This document shows positions 38,555 to 48,327 of a stretch of DNA of 64,000 nt, piece by piece; within the stretch, counting starts at the first letter, position 1; each line of letters opens with the position of its first letter. The notes below the pieces were generated by a model. It made no database searches. It saw only the letters and a list, made by a program, of their open reading frames with translations, and was not told the origin of the DNA. The stretch spans positions 352,001 through 416,000 of the forward strand of contig CAVPSJ010000017.1 of the NCBI GenBank assembly GCA_963708295.1. The letters run 5' to 3'. The DNA comes from an uncultured delta proteobacterium. GTDB taxonomy: Bacteria; Desulfobacterota; BSN033; UBA1163. The position numbers and the translations under genes were made by a program.

Positions 38555-39327
38555 TCAGCTGCCGGCAATCCAGCCTCCGTCCACAAACAGAGTATGCCCG
38601 GTGACAAAGTCTGATGCCGGGCTGGAAAGGTAGATGAATACGCGCCCACAAGATCTTCCGGAGTGGCCAACCGACCCAGCGGGATACGGCTGAGAATCCT
38701 GTCTAAGACCTCACCTTTCAAGAGATCTTTCCGGCTGGGAGTCAGAACGGCCGTTGGCGCAAGGGCGTTTACTCTGATCCCATCGGCTGCCCACTCTAAG
38801 GCAAGTGCTTCCGTGAGGTGTGACACCCCTGCTTTGATGCCCCCATATACGGAGCGGCCTTTAATAATACTGCGGCTAAAGGTCGAACTGAGATTAATGA
38901 TCTTTCCGTATCCATGCTGTCGCATGATGGACCCGATGATCTGACAGGAGAAGAAGAGCCCTCTGAATCCAGTATCGACCATCAAGTTCCATTCGTCCTC
39001 GGTCACGTCCCATGCAGGTTTGGTGACGGTAAATGCAGCATTATTCACCAGAATGTCTACCTTGCCAAATCGTTTCAGAATGAAATCCCTCAGGTTCTCG
39101 ATATCCCTGAGCTTACAAACATCCAGGACAAACACTTCTGCCCTTCGACCCATCTTTTCTATTTCGGCTTTGACCTCCTTCAGTTTTTCTTCCCGCCGGC
39201 TGCACACAATGACATCCGCCCCCGCTCCAGCCAATCCCAATGCGATGGTTTCCCCAATGCCCTCACTGGCGCCCGTGACGACCGCCACCTTGTTCGTCAA
39301 ACTGAATCGACTCAGCTCATCTCCCAA
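38555..39327 (-). CDS. SDR oxidoreductase (KduD/gluconate 5-dehydrogenase-like); C-terminal frameshift
   Basis: TGASEGIG, DILVNNA, YGGIK, IPLGR; a shifted frame gives ASDFVTGHTLFVDGGWIAGS*. Confidence 0.88.
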
Positions 39328-39359
39328 TTTTCGATCCTCCCTCTGTATTTTTTTATGAT

Positions 39360-39409
39360 TTGGCCAGAACGTGCACCGTAAGCCCCGTCTTGTGGGCGGG
39401 GAGTTTCAC
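39360..39409. repeat. REP/IS200-IS605-end-like hairpin
   Basis: AAGCCCCGTCTTGTGGGCGGGGAGTTTCAC; its reverse complement matches both halves of the element at 52861-52970. Confidence 0.65.
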
Positions 39410-39442
39410 ATCTGTTCTTCAACTTATTCTACGAATGAAGGA

Positions 39443-39471
39443 ATTATATATTGGCAGGGGTGGGGTGTCAA
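39443..39471 (-). promoter_or_regulatory. Consensus sigma70 promoter for the SDR gene
   Basis: Perfect TTGACA-N17-TATAAT on the minus strand. Confidence 0.8.
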
Positions 39472-39712
39472 TTGATCCGCCGGGCAGGCCGTGTCATCCC
39501 TGTGAAAATCAGGACTTGAATTTACGGGCACTGCCAACTTGGTTAACGCTTCCTTCCTGAAACATTGATTGTTCACTTTTGCCCCATAGTACAAGATTTT
39601 AAACGCAAATCAATAATCTTTGTCTCACCCCTATACCCTTGAATTTTTGGCAGTGCATAGTTATCTTTAGCACAGGAGAGGAATAAAATTAATGCGAGAG
39701 GAGATTACTACG

Positions 39713-39967
39713 ATGGCACTATATATGGACATTCATAGAAATGTTGGAGACATCAAAAAAGAGCAACTTGATGAGGCCCATAAGAAAGACCTTGCGGTGC
39801 AGGGCAAGTATGGGGTTGACATTACCGACTACTGGCACAGCGAAAAAGATGGGGCTGTTTTCTGTCTTGCCGAAGCTCCTACCAAGGAGGCTTTTGGAGC
39901 TGTCCACCGTGAGGCTCATGGTTTGGAGGCCGACGAGATTTTCGAAGTTAAGCAAGGCTCGAAATAG
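39713..39967 (+). CDS. DUF4242/SCO4226-family putative nickel-binding protein
   Basis: YMDIH, AHKKDL.VQ.KYGV, YW, FCL.EAP, VHREAHGL.ADEI.EV. Confidence 0.85.
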   Translation: MALYMDIHRNVGDIKKEQLDEAHKKDLAVQGKYGVDITDYWHSEKDGAVFCLAEAPTKEAFGAVHREAHGLEADEIFEVKQGSK

Positions 39968-40155
39968 AGGGCTATAAAGCTTAGAGGGTTCAGTCCATCC
40001 AGGGCTGATTATACGTTTCCGACCGCGGGGGCAAGCGTCCTTTTGATTCCTGTCACATTTTAGGCGCCAATTTGAAACCTCCAGAAGGAAGAAATAAACG
40101 GAGGGAAAAAAGACTTTTCATCATTAAGATTTAGTGACGAAGGAGGTAAAGAGAA

Positions 40156-40662
40156 ATGAAAAAGGAATCAAGAAAATTAATTCTTAGTTTGATTCTTTCA
40201 ACATGTTTGGCATTTATAGCTACCGCTCATGGCTTTGCGGCGGATTACGAATCCCTGAAAGGTTTGAAGTCTGTCAAGGCCGTTTTTGATTTCAGAATAA
40301 GCAATCCCAAAAGCGCAGCATTAAACCTTAGAGTAATATACGACACATATAAGGACAAAAGTATCATGGCAGTAACCCAAAAGCCAGCCTTTGTGGTTAT
40401 CTTTATAGGTCCCTCTGTCAAACTGATGTCTAAAAACAAAGAAGGCTTCACGCCCGAAGAGCAGAAGTCCCTTGATGAGATTGCCAATACCATTTCAATA
40501 ATGGCTAAGGACGGAATAAGGATGGAAATCTGTTTAGTGGCAGCTAGTATTTTCGGTGTAGACCCTGGGTCGTTTTTACCGGGTCTTAAACCAGTACCGA
40601 ATGGCTGGGTATCCTTGATAGGATATGAGACCAAGGGTTACTCCCTGGTCCCTGCTTATTAA
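40156..40662 (+). CDS. DsrE-family protein with signal peptide
   Basis: KAVFD, VVIFIGP, GIRMEIC, VPNGWVSLIGY..KGY. Confidence 0.75.
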   Translation: MKKESRKLILSLILSTCLAFIATAHGFAADYESLKGLKSVKAVFDFRISNPKSAALNLRVIYDTYKDKSIMAVTQKPAFVVIFIGPSVKLMSKNKEGFTPEEQKSLDEIANTISIMAKDGIRMEICLVAASIFGVDPGSFLPGLKPVPNGWVSLIGYETKGYSLVPAY

Positions 40663-40793
40663 GAACGAGAGAAATGTCCCGCTAAGGCGACCCAACGTGA
40701 AATGCAGGCTTTTTTTGACACAACAGAACCTTTGAAGCGCAGCGTTGTGACTATTACCATGAAATGCGGCACACAAAATTCATGCTCTGGACC

Positions 40794-41183
40794 ATGAAAC
40801 CCTTAGTCGACTTCCTTAGAAACATCTTCAAAATGCCCATGGTTTGGTGGCCATGGATGGCAGGGCTGCCATTGATCAACCTGTCGTCCATCTTCTTTCT
40901 CCCGAGGATGGAGGCATGGGTGGTGCTGGGAACCGGGCTCCTGGCCGCGACGATCATGACGGTCCTGCACGCCAAACTGGGGTACGTCCGGCTTGTAGGC
41001 ATAGGCCATTTTGTTTGGATTCCCATGCTGATCTGGCTGGTATTTAGACTGGATCACATTCTAGAAGGCACGCTTTTTTACGGCTGGCTTCTCACCTTGA
41101 TAGCAATGGACACAGTGTCTCTTCTGATCGATATCGTCGACCTCGTCCGTTACCTGCGCGGAGACCGTACTCCTCGGTTTTAA
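40794..41183 (+). CDS. Hypothetical 4-TM membrane protein (possible cassette gene)
   Basis: Hydrophobic ORF with GYVRLVGIGH..W and SL..D..D..RY.RGDR; followed by an attC-like site. Confidence 0.7.
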   Translation: MKPLVDFLRNIFKMPMVWWPWMAGLPLINLSSIFFLPRMEAWVVLGTGLLAATIMTVLHAKLGYVRLVGIGHFVWIPMLIWLVFRLDHILEGTLFYGWLLTLIAMDTVSLLIDIVDLVRYLRGDRTPRF

Positions 41184-41247
41184 GGTCGACCCCAGGGGAG
41201 GGATGGACTGACCTGCAAGAAGACGATCCAATAAGCGAAAGATTAAA

Positions 41248-41335
41248 ATTTAACCAACCAGTTCAGCGGACTGGTAGGGGCACGGCGGCCTTAGGGGCAG
41301 GGATTTTGGCCAGCCACTGACTGAATTCGTTACAA
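41248..41335 (+). other. Integron attC-like recombination site
   Basis: ATTTAAC (R'')-CAAC-CAGTTCAGCGGACTGG...CCAGCCACTGACTG-AATTC-GTTACAA (R'); 88 bp imperfect palindrome. Confidence 0.7.
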
Positions 41336-41553
41336 TCGATTTCAATCGTGAATCTTGAGGTCATTTACAAAGCGTACCGTAATTCTTTGTAGGTGCACTC
41401 GCCAAATTTTACTATCAACCTGCTCCAAAAATCTCGAAAAGGAAATTTCATTTAATTCTTCCTGAAGTCCTCAAGGCGAGAAACCAGATCGTTATACCAG
41501 ATTCCATCCTGCTATACGTAACATATCCTGTTTTCTCTTATGATATTAATCAG

Positions 41554-41895
41554 TTATGTCTTATTATCCATTATTCTTATTTTGTCTAATTCAAATTCAT
41601 TATTCTCTCTTCTTGGCTGCGTTCTCTGTAATACTACCTCAATGGCCTTATAGTAATCCCTCTGTAGCTTGAGGTTGGACACTCTGCAGTAACACTGTGT
41701 TGTAGTAATCCTACGGTGGCCTAAAAGATCCTGGATTGTGACAAGATCAGCATCTGCATTGAGGAGTTGGGTAGCCATCGTGTGTCTGAGATGGTGGCAC
41801 GATACCTCTATGCCGCTCTGTTGGGCATAGTATTCCATTCTTTTTTGGATGCCACGCTGTCCGGCCAATTCTTCTCCATTTCCTTTGACAATCAA
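41554..41895 (-). pseudogene. Truncated tyrosine recombinase (C-terminal catalytic part only)
   Basis: HHLRHTMAT (HxxR), IQDLLGH..ITTTQCY (H and Y); no N-terminal part upstream. Confidence 0.85.
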
Positions 41896-42519
41896 CTCAT
41901 CGATGTAACCTGCAAGACATCATGGGGGAACTATGTATTTTCCAGGTGGGAAAACTATGTATCTCCCAGGTAAAGTTACAAGCGAGAGATAACAAGAACC
42001 AAACCCCTCAAAGTGGAAAACTTTTACTTGTTTGAAAACTGACTTTGGCAAAAAAGAGAAAATTAATTCCACCTTTAGATAAGAATTTTACATCGTATAC
42101 AAGAAAAATCTACTACTACAAAAATTTGTGCCTTATGCCCAAAAATACAGTGCTTACCTTATTTACGCTTAACAAGGTTCATGCTTTGATAATATTTAGA
42201 AAGGGGGTGAATTGCGCGTTTCGTTGAAAAAAAAAGGGCTTTAAGAGTAGTCTGAAATATGAGTGGAAAGGAGTTTAACTTTGATTTTTTGTACACTCAA
42301 CCACTCCAAAGCAAGTTCTTATTACTTCTTATCACTAAGGTGTGGTAGAGGCTCGATCAGAAGGACTTGTCCTCCCCCGCGTAGTCCGAAGATGGACTGA
42401 TGGAGGAGGTGCTGAATTATGAATGTGTGAAAAGAAATTCAGCAGAACAAATGTGTCCTTTCGGTAAGATTGCACGAAATCTAATCGACGGCGGAAAAGT
42501 TGAAGAAAAGGAGAATGCT

Positions 42520-43101
42520 ATGAGACTAACCAAGAAAACTTTGATTGCAGTGGGATTGCTTACCGCGGTTGTGGCTCTCACACTTTTATCGGGAAGTCCA
42601 GTACTGGCTGCCTCGTCCAAGGACGTTATCGTGGTGAACACGCCAGCGGAACCGGTGCCGGTCACAGGCACGGTGGAGGTCGTGAACGACGCTCTATACC
42701 AGCCCTATATCAAACAGGCTGGCGTTATCATCAATTCCGGAACCCAGCTCCAAGTGGCATTCGATGTTCCGGATGGAAAGCGCCTCATTCTTGAAACCGT
42801 GGCCGTTCAGGCAGCCGTGCCGTCGCCCCAGAAAGTGCGCGTTTCTCTCGACGCCCAGGTCAACCCGGCGATCAATCAGTACGTGATAGGGTTCTTGTCG
42901 GTCCAGTCCCCGGGACCGATTGACGGATTTGAATACTATGTCGCCAACCAGCCGTTCAAACTGCGGCAGGACTGGTTCCAGAATTCTAACGCTGAGATCA
43001 TCGTCAGGATGTCCCGGGACTCGTCGTCCGGCGAAGCCTCATTGCTTGTGACGGTATATGGTTATCTGGTCGATTCGCCATCCGCAGGACTTGGGTTTTA
43101 A
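42520..43101 (+). CDS. Secreted hypothetical protein
   Basis: Signal peptide (..SPVLA), V.VVNTPA.PVPV motif, VP.GKRL.LE, ends V.GYLVD; SD AAGGAG. Confidence 0.75.
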   Translation: MRLTKKTLIAVGLLTAVVALTLLSGSPVLAASSKDVIVVNTPAEPVPVTGTVEVVNDALYQPYIKQAGVIINSGTQLQVAFDVPDGKRLILETVAVQAAVPSPQKVRVSLDAQVNPAINQYVIGFLSVQSPGPIDGFEYYVANQPFKLRQDWFQNSNAEIIVRMSRDSSSGEASLLVTVYGYLVDSPSAGLGF

Positions 43102-43313
43102 GCAGCCAAGTCAATCAAAGATAGTCGGCAGAGATCGGGACGCGCGGCTCACGTGTCCGCAACAGCCGCGAGTTGCGCATCATTTTCTTATGGGCCCACA
43201 GAAGAGGGGGCTGGTATCTATGATTGTTCCGGTTTCAGTGTTCTAGAGATGATCCTTGGGTAATTCTTTTGGAATTGTAGTGAAATAACAATCGACCGAA
43301 AGGGAGGCTAAAA

Positions 43314-43913
43314 ATGAGAACAAAAGTTTTGTTATGCGGATGTATCGTCTTATTGCTCATGGTCGTCACCACGGCGACACCATGCCTTGCAGATAACACA
43401 ATCTATGGATGCGTTAGGGGGCTCACTGGTATTCTCCGCATTGTAAGTCCCCCTGGCCACTGCTTGCCTGGCGAAGCTCCCATTTCCTGGAATCAGACTG
43501 GGCCACAAGGGCCTCAGGGACAACAAGGGCCTAAGGGAGATACAGGCCCAATGGGCCCAGCGGGACCGGCTGGAGTTGTTAACGCGGTACACGGAGTTGT
43601 CTTGTACAACGGCACGATCGAGGATGGGGTCGGATTCACCGTTGGGGCACCTACAGGCCCCAATACGCCCCGAGGAACCGGTTTATATCGCGTCATCTTC
43701 GACACCGCCTTCTCCAATTATGCGCATTGTGTTGTTACGCCATTTCAATCTCCAGCCACGGTTATTTGCGGTGTTTCTGGCTTTGGATCGTCCTTCTTTG
43801 ACGTGGATTGCTATGAACCCACAACGGAGCAGGGCGTGGGGGGCGTCATCTTATTCACAAACCTCCCAACGGACGTTTCATTCTCGTTCATATGCATATC
43901 GGAACCACTATGA
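43314..43913 (+). CDS. Secreted collagen-like repeat protein
   Basis: Signal peptide, IYGC...G.LRIV..C...E..ISWN, then GPQGPQGQQGPKGDTGPMGPAGPAG and a C-terminal domain ending FSFIC. Confidence 0.8.
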   Translation: MRTKVLLCGCIVLLLMVVTTATPCLADNTIYGCVRGLTGILRIVSPPGHCLPGEAPISWNQTGPQGPQGQQGPKGDTGPMGPAGPAGVVNAVHGVVLYNGTIEDGVGFTVGAPTGPNTPRGTGLYRVIFDTAFSNYAHCVVTPFQSPATVICGVSGFGSSFFDVDCYEPTTEQGVGGVILFTNLPTDVSFSFICISEPL

Positions 43914-44565
43914 GTTCATTTTGTGCAGCCACAGATTGGAGAGGGCGTCCCTCTTCCCCAACTCACCCAGCGCCGCCCATACACCCAAGCCCGGGGGAGT
44001 TGAAAGGCTCCCCCGGTTGTTGCTCACATATGGTAGGGTTGAAGATTTCTAACCGCAATAGTTAATTTTATTCTTGCCCCGAAGTGTTTAGTTGTAGGTG
44101 ACATCGTCACGGTAAATGGGGTTCCGTAGAGCTGCCTTCCAAGTTCGACATGGTTGCCCCCCTCTGTGATTCTCTTTTTAGGTGAGGTATCTACAATCAT
44201 GTCTCTTTGTCCTCCATCTCTCCATGAGGGGTAAATGGTGAATTGATTCTCCCAACGAGGGATACCGCCATTTTCAAGGGCGGATTTGTGGATTACGGGC
44301 CAAAGTCGATGTGCGTTACGACATAGAACCCCTTTGAGATTGGGCAAGGAAGGGAGAAGTGGCTCTAGAGTATCAATAGAAGTCATCAGTCTTTGGGGTA
44401 TTCCTTTCTAATCCGTGGTTCGTCCGACTGCCTATTCTTTGGGCAAACAGGGGGCAAGGGTGCAACATTGCTTCCTGAAATGTTGTTTTTGGTATTTTCC
44501 TTCAGAATGCAACATTTCAAACGAAAATCAGCAATATGGAGTAAATTATAGATGGAATTTTCTCC

Positions 44566-44594
44566 TTGACTGTCCATGTACATGAGAGTATGTT
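44566..44594 (+). promoter_or_regulatory. Putative sigma70 promoter upstream of hsp20
   Basis: TTGACT-N17-TATGTT. Confidence 0.5.
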
Positions 44595-44806
44595 TTATTT
44601 ATAGTATTTCCCACCTGACCCTAATTAACCTCACAACTTAACTTCTAACCTTCTGGAGTGTCGTATGAGAAGGAGTTCCCCAAAGGTGCCCATATGAAGC
44701 CTCCAAGGGGGTTCTAATTTCCCTTTGGGGGCGCCTTCCCAGTATACTCACAATACCAAAAAGCGAGTTCCTATCAAAAAATATGTTTTAAAAGGAGGGT
44801 ACCAAG

Positions 44807-45139
44807 ATGCCGGAAAATCGAATTAGGGTTGCTCCCAATACAGTAGCATATACTGACGGAGACAACCACAAGCTAGTAGTGGAGTTCGCCATCCCAGGAG
44901 CGCCAACGAATACCATCGATGTAAAGATCCTAGAAGACAGCGTCCACCTGACAGCGCCAGCAAGGGACATCGAGTATGTTTCAGCACTGGCTTTAGGTTG
45001 GCCGGTGAAACCGGACAAAGCCGAAGCAACCTATGAGAACGGCCTGCTCCGAATCGAGGTGCCCTTCAAAGATCCGATGGAAGATGCTGTAAAGGTCGCC
45101 ATCAAAGAAACCAAGACCAAAGCAATCGTAGCCAAATGA
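44807..45139 (+). CDS. Small heat shock protein (Hsp20/alpha-crystallin)
   Basis: IPG....IDV, AEATYENGLLRIEVP; SD AAGGAGG. Confidence 0.9.
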   Translation: MPENRIRVAPNTVAYTDGDNHKLVVEFAIPGAPTNTIDVKILEDSVHLTAPARDIEYVSALALGWPVKPDKAEATYENGLLRIEVPFKDPMEDAVKVAIKETKTKAIVAK

Positions 45140-45222
45140 TCCGTTAAGTTGTTAGGCTTATAAACGAGACAACCGGGGCTTGTTGGTTTTCTGAATTTAG
45201 GGGCACAGGACAAAATAAAAGC

Positions 45223-45258
45223 AGAGCCCAGGCAATTTAAGCTGGGCTTTCTTTTTTA
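45223..45258 (+). terminator. Putative intrinsic terminator
   Basis: AGAGCCCAG-gcaatttaag-CTGGGCTTT followed by CTTTTTT. Confidence 0.55.
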
Positions 45259-45283
45259 TACTGGTCGGTAAAGGAGTGGAGAG

Positions 45284-45472
45284 ATGAGTCAGAAGAGTAG
45301 TTTTCCTTACCGCAAGTATGACCGGAAGGTCAATCCCAACATCGTCAAGCAAATCTTAGGCGATAGCGAGTTGATTGAGATGATGAAAGAAGTGCTTATC
45401 CAGGAGGGAAGGATCTGTCCCTTTTGTCGTCGCAAATTGAAGGAAGAATCTGAGGTAAAGGAAATCCGGTAA
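45284..45472 (+). CDS. Small hypothetical protein with CPFC motif
   Basis: 62 aa ORF with SD AAGGAG. Confidence 0.5.
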   Translation: MSQKSSFPYRKYDRKVNPNIVKQILGDSELIEMMKEVLIQEGRICPFCRRKLKEESEVKEIR

Positions 45473-45584
45473 AAGGTGAAGACAAAAAGAGACGTTTCAC
45501 CCGACAAAACAAAACTCTTTGTTTTGGCATTTTCAGCTTAGAATAACTGTATATTCGTATTTTTTAAAAGGAAGGAGTGCGCTG

Positions 45585-45974
45585 ATGAGACCAGTCATGA
45601 AACTAAAAAGAGAAGTCATACTAAGGATCAGGGACTTAGCCAGAGATTTACATGATGTTTATACTGATAAACCCCAATCTTCGGACCTTGCAAAAGATGA
45701 ACGGAACAGTGAAAGGAGGAAAGAATATTTCAGCGATCCAATACGAATTCAATTAGAAAAGATGGTCAGTGATTTACCTAAAGATGAACGTGCTGAACTC
45801 GCAGCATTGGTCGATTTGGGGGTGCCTGGTAAGAGCGTCAAAGATTGGGACTCGTTACTCGATAATGCAAAACAAAGAGATGGAGAGGGGACCGCACGCA
45901 ATTTGGTTGGGAGAGGTAGTTTTGCCTATTTTATTGATCAAGGCTTAGCAAAGATCCAAGCGAAAAAGGATTAA
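45585..45974 (+). CDS. DUF3775-like protein
   Basis: L...E.AEL.AL..LG...W..L...A......TA..L.G......YFIDQGL pattern; SD AAGGAG. Confidence 0.65.
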   Translation: MRPVMKLKREVILRIRDLARDLHDVYTDKPQSSDLAKDERNSERRKEYFSDPIRIQLEKMVSDLPKDERAELAALVDLGVPGKSVKDWDSLLDNAKQRDGEGTARNLVGRGSFAYFIDQGLAKIQAKKD

Positions 45975-46221
45975 GTCACGTTCTAATTTCAAAATATTCT
46001 CGGTCAAAAATAGATTGGAACCATCCCAAATTTTCCCAGAGATTGAGAAGCATGAGGTTTCGGGGAGAGAAAGGGATTATTTATTTTCGTATAGCAAACC
46101 GGAATCTTCAACATATGATATGGCATTACCCTCACTCTTTGTAGGTGTACTCCCCGATTTAGGCTCTCTCCAAATATCTTCATCTCTCCCATCCAATTAA
46201 GGCCCATCATCCCAATTCTCA

Positions 46222-46250
46222 TTGACACCCTGTTCGTAATTTAGTAAATT
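46222..46250 (+). promoter_or_regulatory. sigma70 promoter
   Basis: TTGACA-N17-TAAATT. Confidence 0.55.
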
Positions 46251-46325
46251 TCAATCGAAATTAGAACCGTCCTTTATTAACCCTTAACGTAGGTAAAACA
46301 CAAGTCTAAACGATAGGAGGAAAGA

Positions 46326-46769
46326 ATGGGCAACCTGGGAGTCACTATCAGATCTGAAATTGTACGTTTGACAAAAAAGGAGCTGCGTAAAACCTTACTT
46401 CCATTGGGTCGGGATGTCCGGTTATTAAAGAGCGCGGTCTCTCAACTTCGCAAAACGGTCTTGGCTTTAGAACGATTTGCAGCCCAACAGCAAAATGAGT
46501 TGAAAAAGAGAAAGATACCATTGGAGGCGACCGCGGAGGAGGTTAAACAATCCCGCTTTTCTCCAGCCCTGATCCGAAGCCTTCGTAAAAACTTGGGGAT
46601 CAGTCAGAAGGAACTGGCGATTCTCGCAGGGGTCACGGTTGGGGCAGCTCATCTGTGGGAGATAGGGAAGTTTAGGCCGAAGAATGAAAAGAAAGCAGTA
46701 ATGGTGGCGTTGAGGAAGCTTGGTCGCCGTGATGTGAGAAAACTCCTCGAGGGGAAACTTACTAAATAG
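46326..46769 (+). CDS. XRE-family HTH regulator with N-terminal coiled coil
   Basis: IRSLRKNLGISQKELAILAGVT..A...WE.GKFRP; N-terminal EI.RL..KE.R. Confidence 0.85.
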   Translation: MGNLGVTIRSEIVRLTKKELRKTLLPLGRDVRLLKSAVSQLRKTVLALERFAAQQQNELKKRKIPLEATAEEVKQSRFSPALIRSLRKNLGISQKELAILAGVTVGAAHLWEIGKFRPKNEKKAVMVALRKLGRRDVRKLLEGKLTK

Positions 46770-46850
46770 ATTTTATTAAGAGCAGTTGTGACAAATGCGA
46801 AAAAGAGACAAGATATCAGGCATCAAAATTTATTTAGAAGGGAAAACGAA

Positions 46851-47408
46851 ATGAAAATTAGCCTTGGAGTAAAAAATTGTTTATACCCTATGTTAACCAC
46901 CCTCATTGGTGCAAATGTAAATGGAAAACCCAACTATATTACTATTGCCCACGTTGGCATTATGACCCTCCAATCCATCTCTCTCGGCATGGGCAAGAGC
47001 CATTACACCAACGCTGGAATTAAAGAGAACGGGACCTTCAGCGTCAATATTCCGTCCGTTGAAATGGTTAAGCAAACGGATTACTGCGGGATAGTATCTG
47101 GTAAAAAGGTCAACAAAGCCAAACTCTTCGAAACTTTTTATGGCAAACTGAAAACAGCGCCAATGATCAAGGAATGTCCCATCAACATGGAATGCAAATT
47201 GGTCCAAACGGTTGATTTCCCACAGCACGATGTTTTCATCGGTGAAGTCGTTGAAACTCACTGTGATGAACGATATCTAACAGAGGGTGTTGTGGATTTT
47301 TCAAAAGTTCGGCCGATTCTCTTTGTAATGAATGATAGAAGTTACTGGGAACTTGGCGGGCGATTAGCCAAGGCATGGAATATAGGGAATGAGTTGAAGA
47401 GCGATTGA
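46851..47408 (+). CDS. Flavin reductase / flavoredoxin family protein
   Basis: LYP...L.GA...GKPN, F.VNIP, DYCG..SG, APMIKECP.NMEC, FIGEV. Confidence 0.9.
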   Translation: MKISLGVKNCLYPMLTTLIGANVNGKPNYITIAHVGIMTLQSISLGMGKSHYTNAGIKENGTFSVNIPSVEMVKQTDYCGIVSGKKVNKAKLFETFYGKLKTAPMIKECPINMECKLVQTVDFPQHDVFIGEVVETHCDERYLTEGVVDFSKVRPILFVMNDRSYWELGGRLAKAWNIGNELKSD

Positions 47409-47516
47409 TGACCCCCTCATTGATAATCTCGAAGAATTGGCTGAACAATATACCAAAAATTGGCGGGAGCATGAGAGGCCTTCGGAGGTTTATGTCGGGC
47501 GACGGAGGAAAGAAAC

Positions 47517-47711
47517 GTGACAGAGACTGAACTGATTTTATCCCTCTGTGAGGGAAAGGATCTTGGAATAGAAGGGTCTACCGAGGAATTGATTCAGAAA
47601 TTCAGAGAAACCTATAAAGATCAGGCAGGCCTCATAACCAAGGCAGCCCAGGGGGATGCGAAAGCACTTAGACGGTTAAGGTGGATTTGTGGGTTAAGGG
47701 TGATTACCTAA
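47517..47711 (+). CDS. Small hypothetical protein
   Basis: 64 aa ORF, GTG start with SD GGAGG. Confidence 0.55.
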   Translation: MTETELILSLCEGKDLGIEGSTEELIQKFRETYKDQAGLITKAAQGDAKALRRLRWICGLRVIT

Positions 47712-47774
47712 AAGCCACAAAAGTCAGGGCAATCACTTTTGCCCAAACAACATGGGTCCTTTTCAAAACCCCTT

Positions 47775-47885
47775 ATGTCCCATGTACTCCAACAAGTAGC
47801 CCTCACCAGGCTGCTTGTTGAGAAAGGATTCACCAAGGAGAAGTTTTTGAAGATGGGTAGGATGGCGGATAAAGAAATGAGATAA
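47775..47885 (+). repeat. Coding-like repeat unit, copy 1 (..TRLLVEKG-FTKEKFLKM..)
   Basis: Translates MSHVLQQVALTRLLVEKGFTKEKFLKMGRMADKEMR*; homologous to 48328-48432. Confidence 0.65.
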
Positions 47886-47913
47886 CAAAAGACAGAGACA
47901 TTATAGGAAGTGT

Positions 47914-48327
47914 GTGATTATGAAGTTTATATCAATAGCCGTTTTAATGACTGGAGCCGTTTTGGTAGGAATTTTTTCATGTGCCACGGTGTCTAAACCC
48001 CTTGCTCCTGGTGATCTAAGATTATTGAGCATACTCGTTCCAGAAAAGGAAAATATCAGGTTACATTTACCATTTATTGTGAATATGAGCTTTGAGGCAG
48101 ATGGTGAACCGGAGATTAAAGCAGCCTGTTTCTACTTTGCAGATGATGGCCCACACTGTTTCAGGGTAGCAGATGTAAATTATGGGTTACGAGGAACGAT
48201 CAACTTACAGATTCACACAAGCAACCGTGGCGCACGTCTTTTGAAAGGTTATGTTCTGTATATTCGAGACGGGAAGATTCAACAGACAAATATGGTAAGT
48301 ACTTATTTTCGTGTTATTCCGCAGTAA
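47914..48327 (+). CDS. Hypothetical lipoprotein
   Basis: Signal peptide with lipobox-like IFSC; 137 aa. Confidence 0.7.
   Translation: MIMKFISIAVLMTGAVLVGIFSCATVSKPLAPGDLRLLSILVPEKENIRLHLPFIVNMSFEADGEPEIKAACFYFADDGPHCFRVADVNYGLRGTINLQIHTSNRGARLLKGYVLYIRDGKIQQTNMVSTYFRVIPQ

Noticed and set aside
40685-40755. Third attC site before the membrane-protein gene
   Set aside because: The CACAAC/GTTGTG pair is too close, and the wider CCCAAC pairing lacks convincing L boxes
41554-41895. Functional integron integrase
   Set aside because: Only the C-terminal ~100 aa remain and nothing marks it as IntI
44024-44583. Minus-strand ORFs in the AT-rich spacer before hsp20
   Set aside because: No SD, no motifs, atypical composition; possibly decayed sequence
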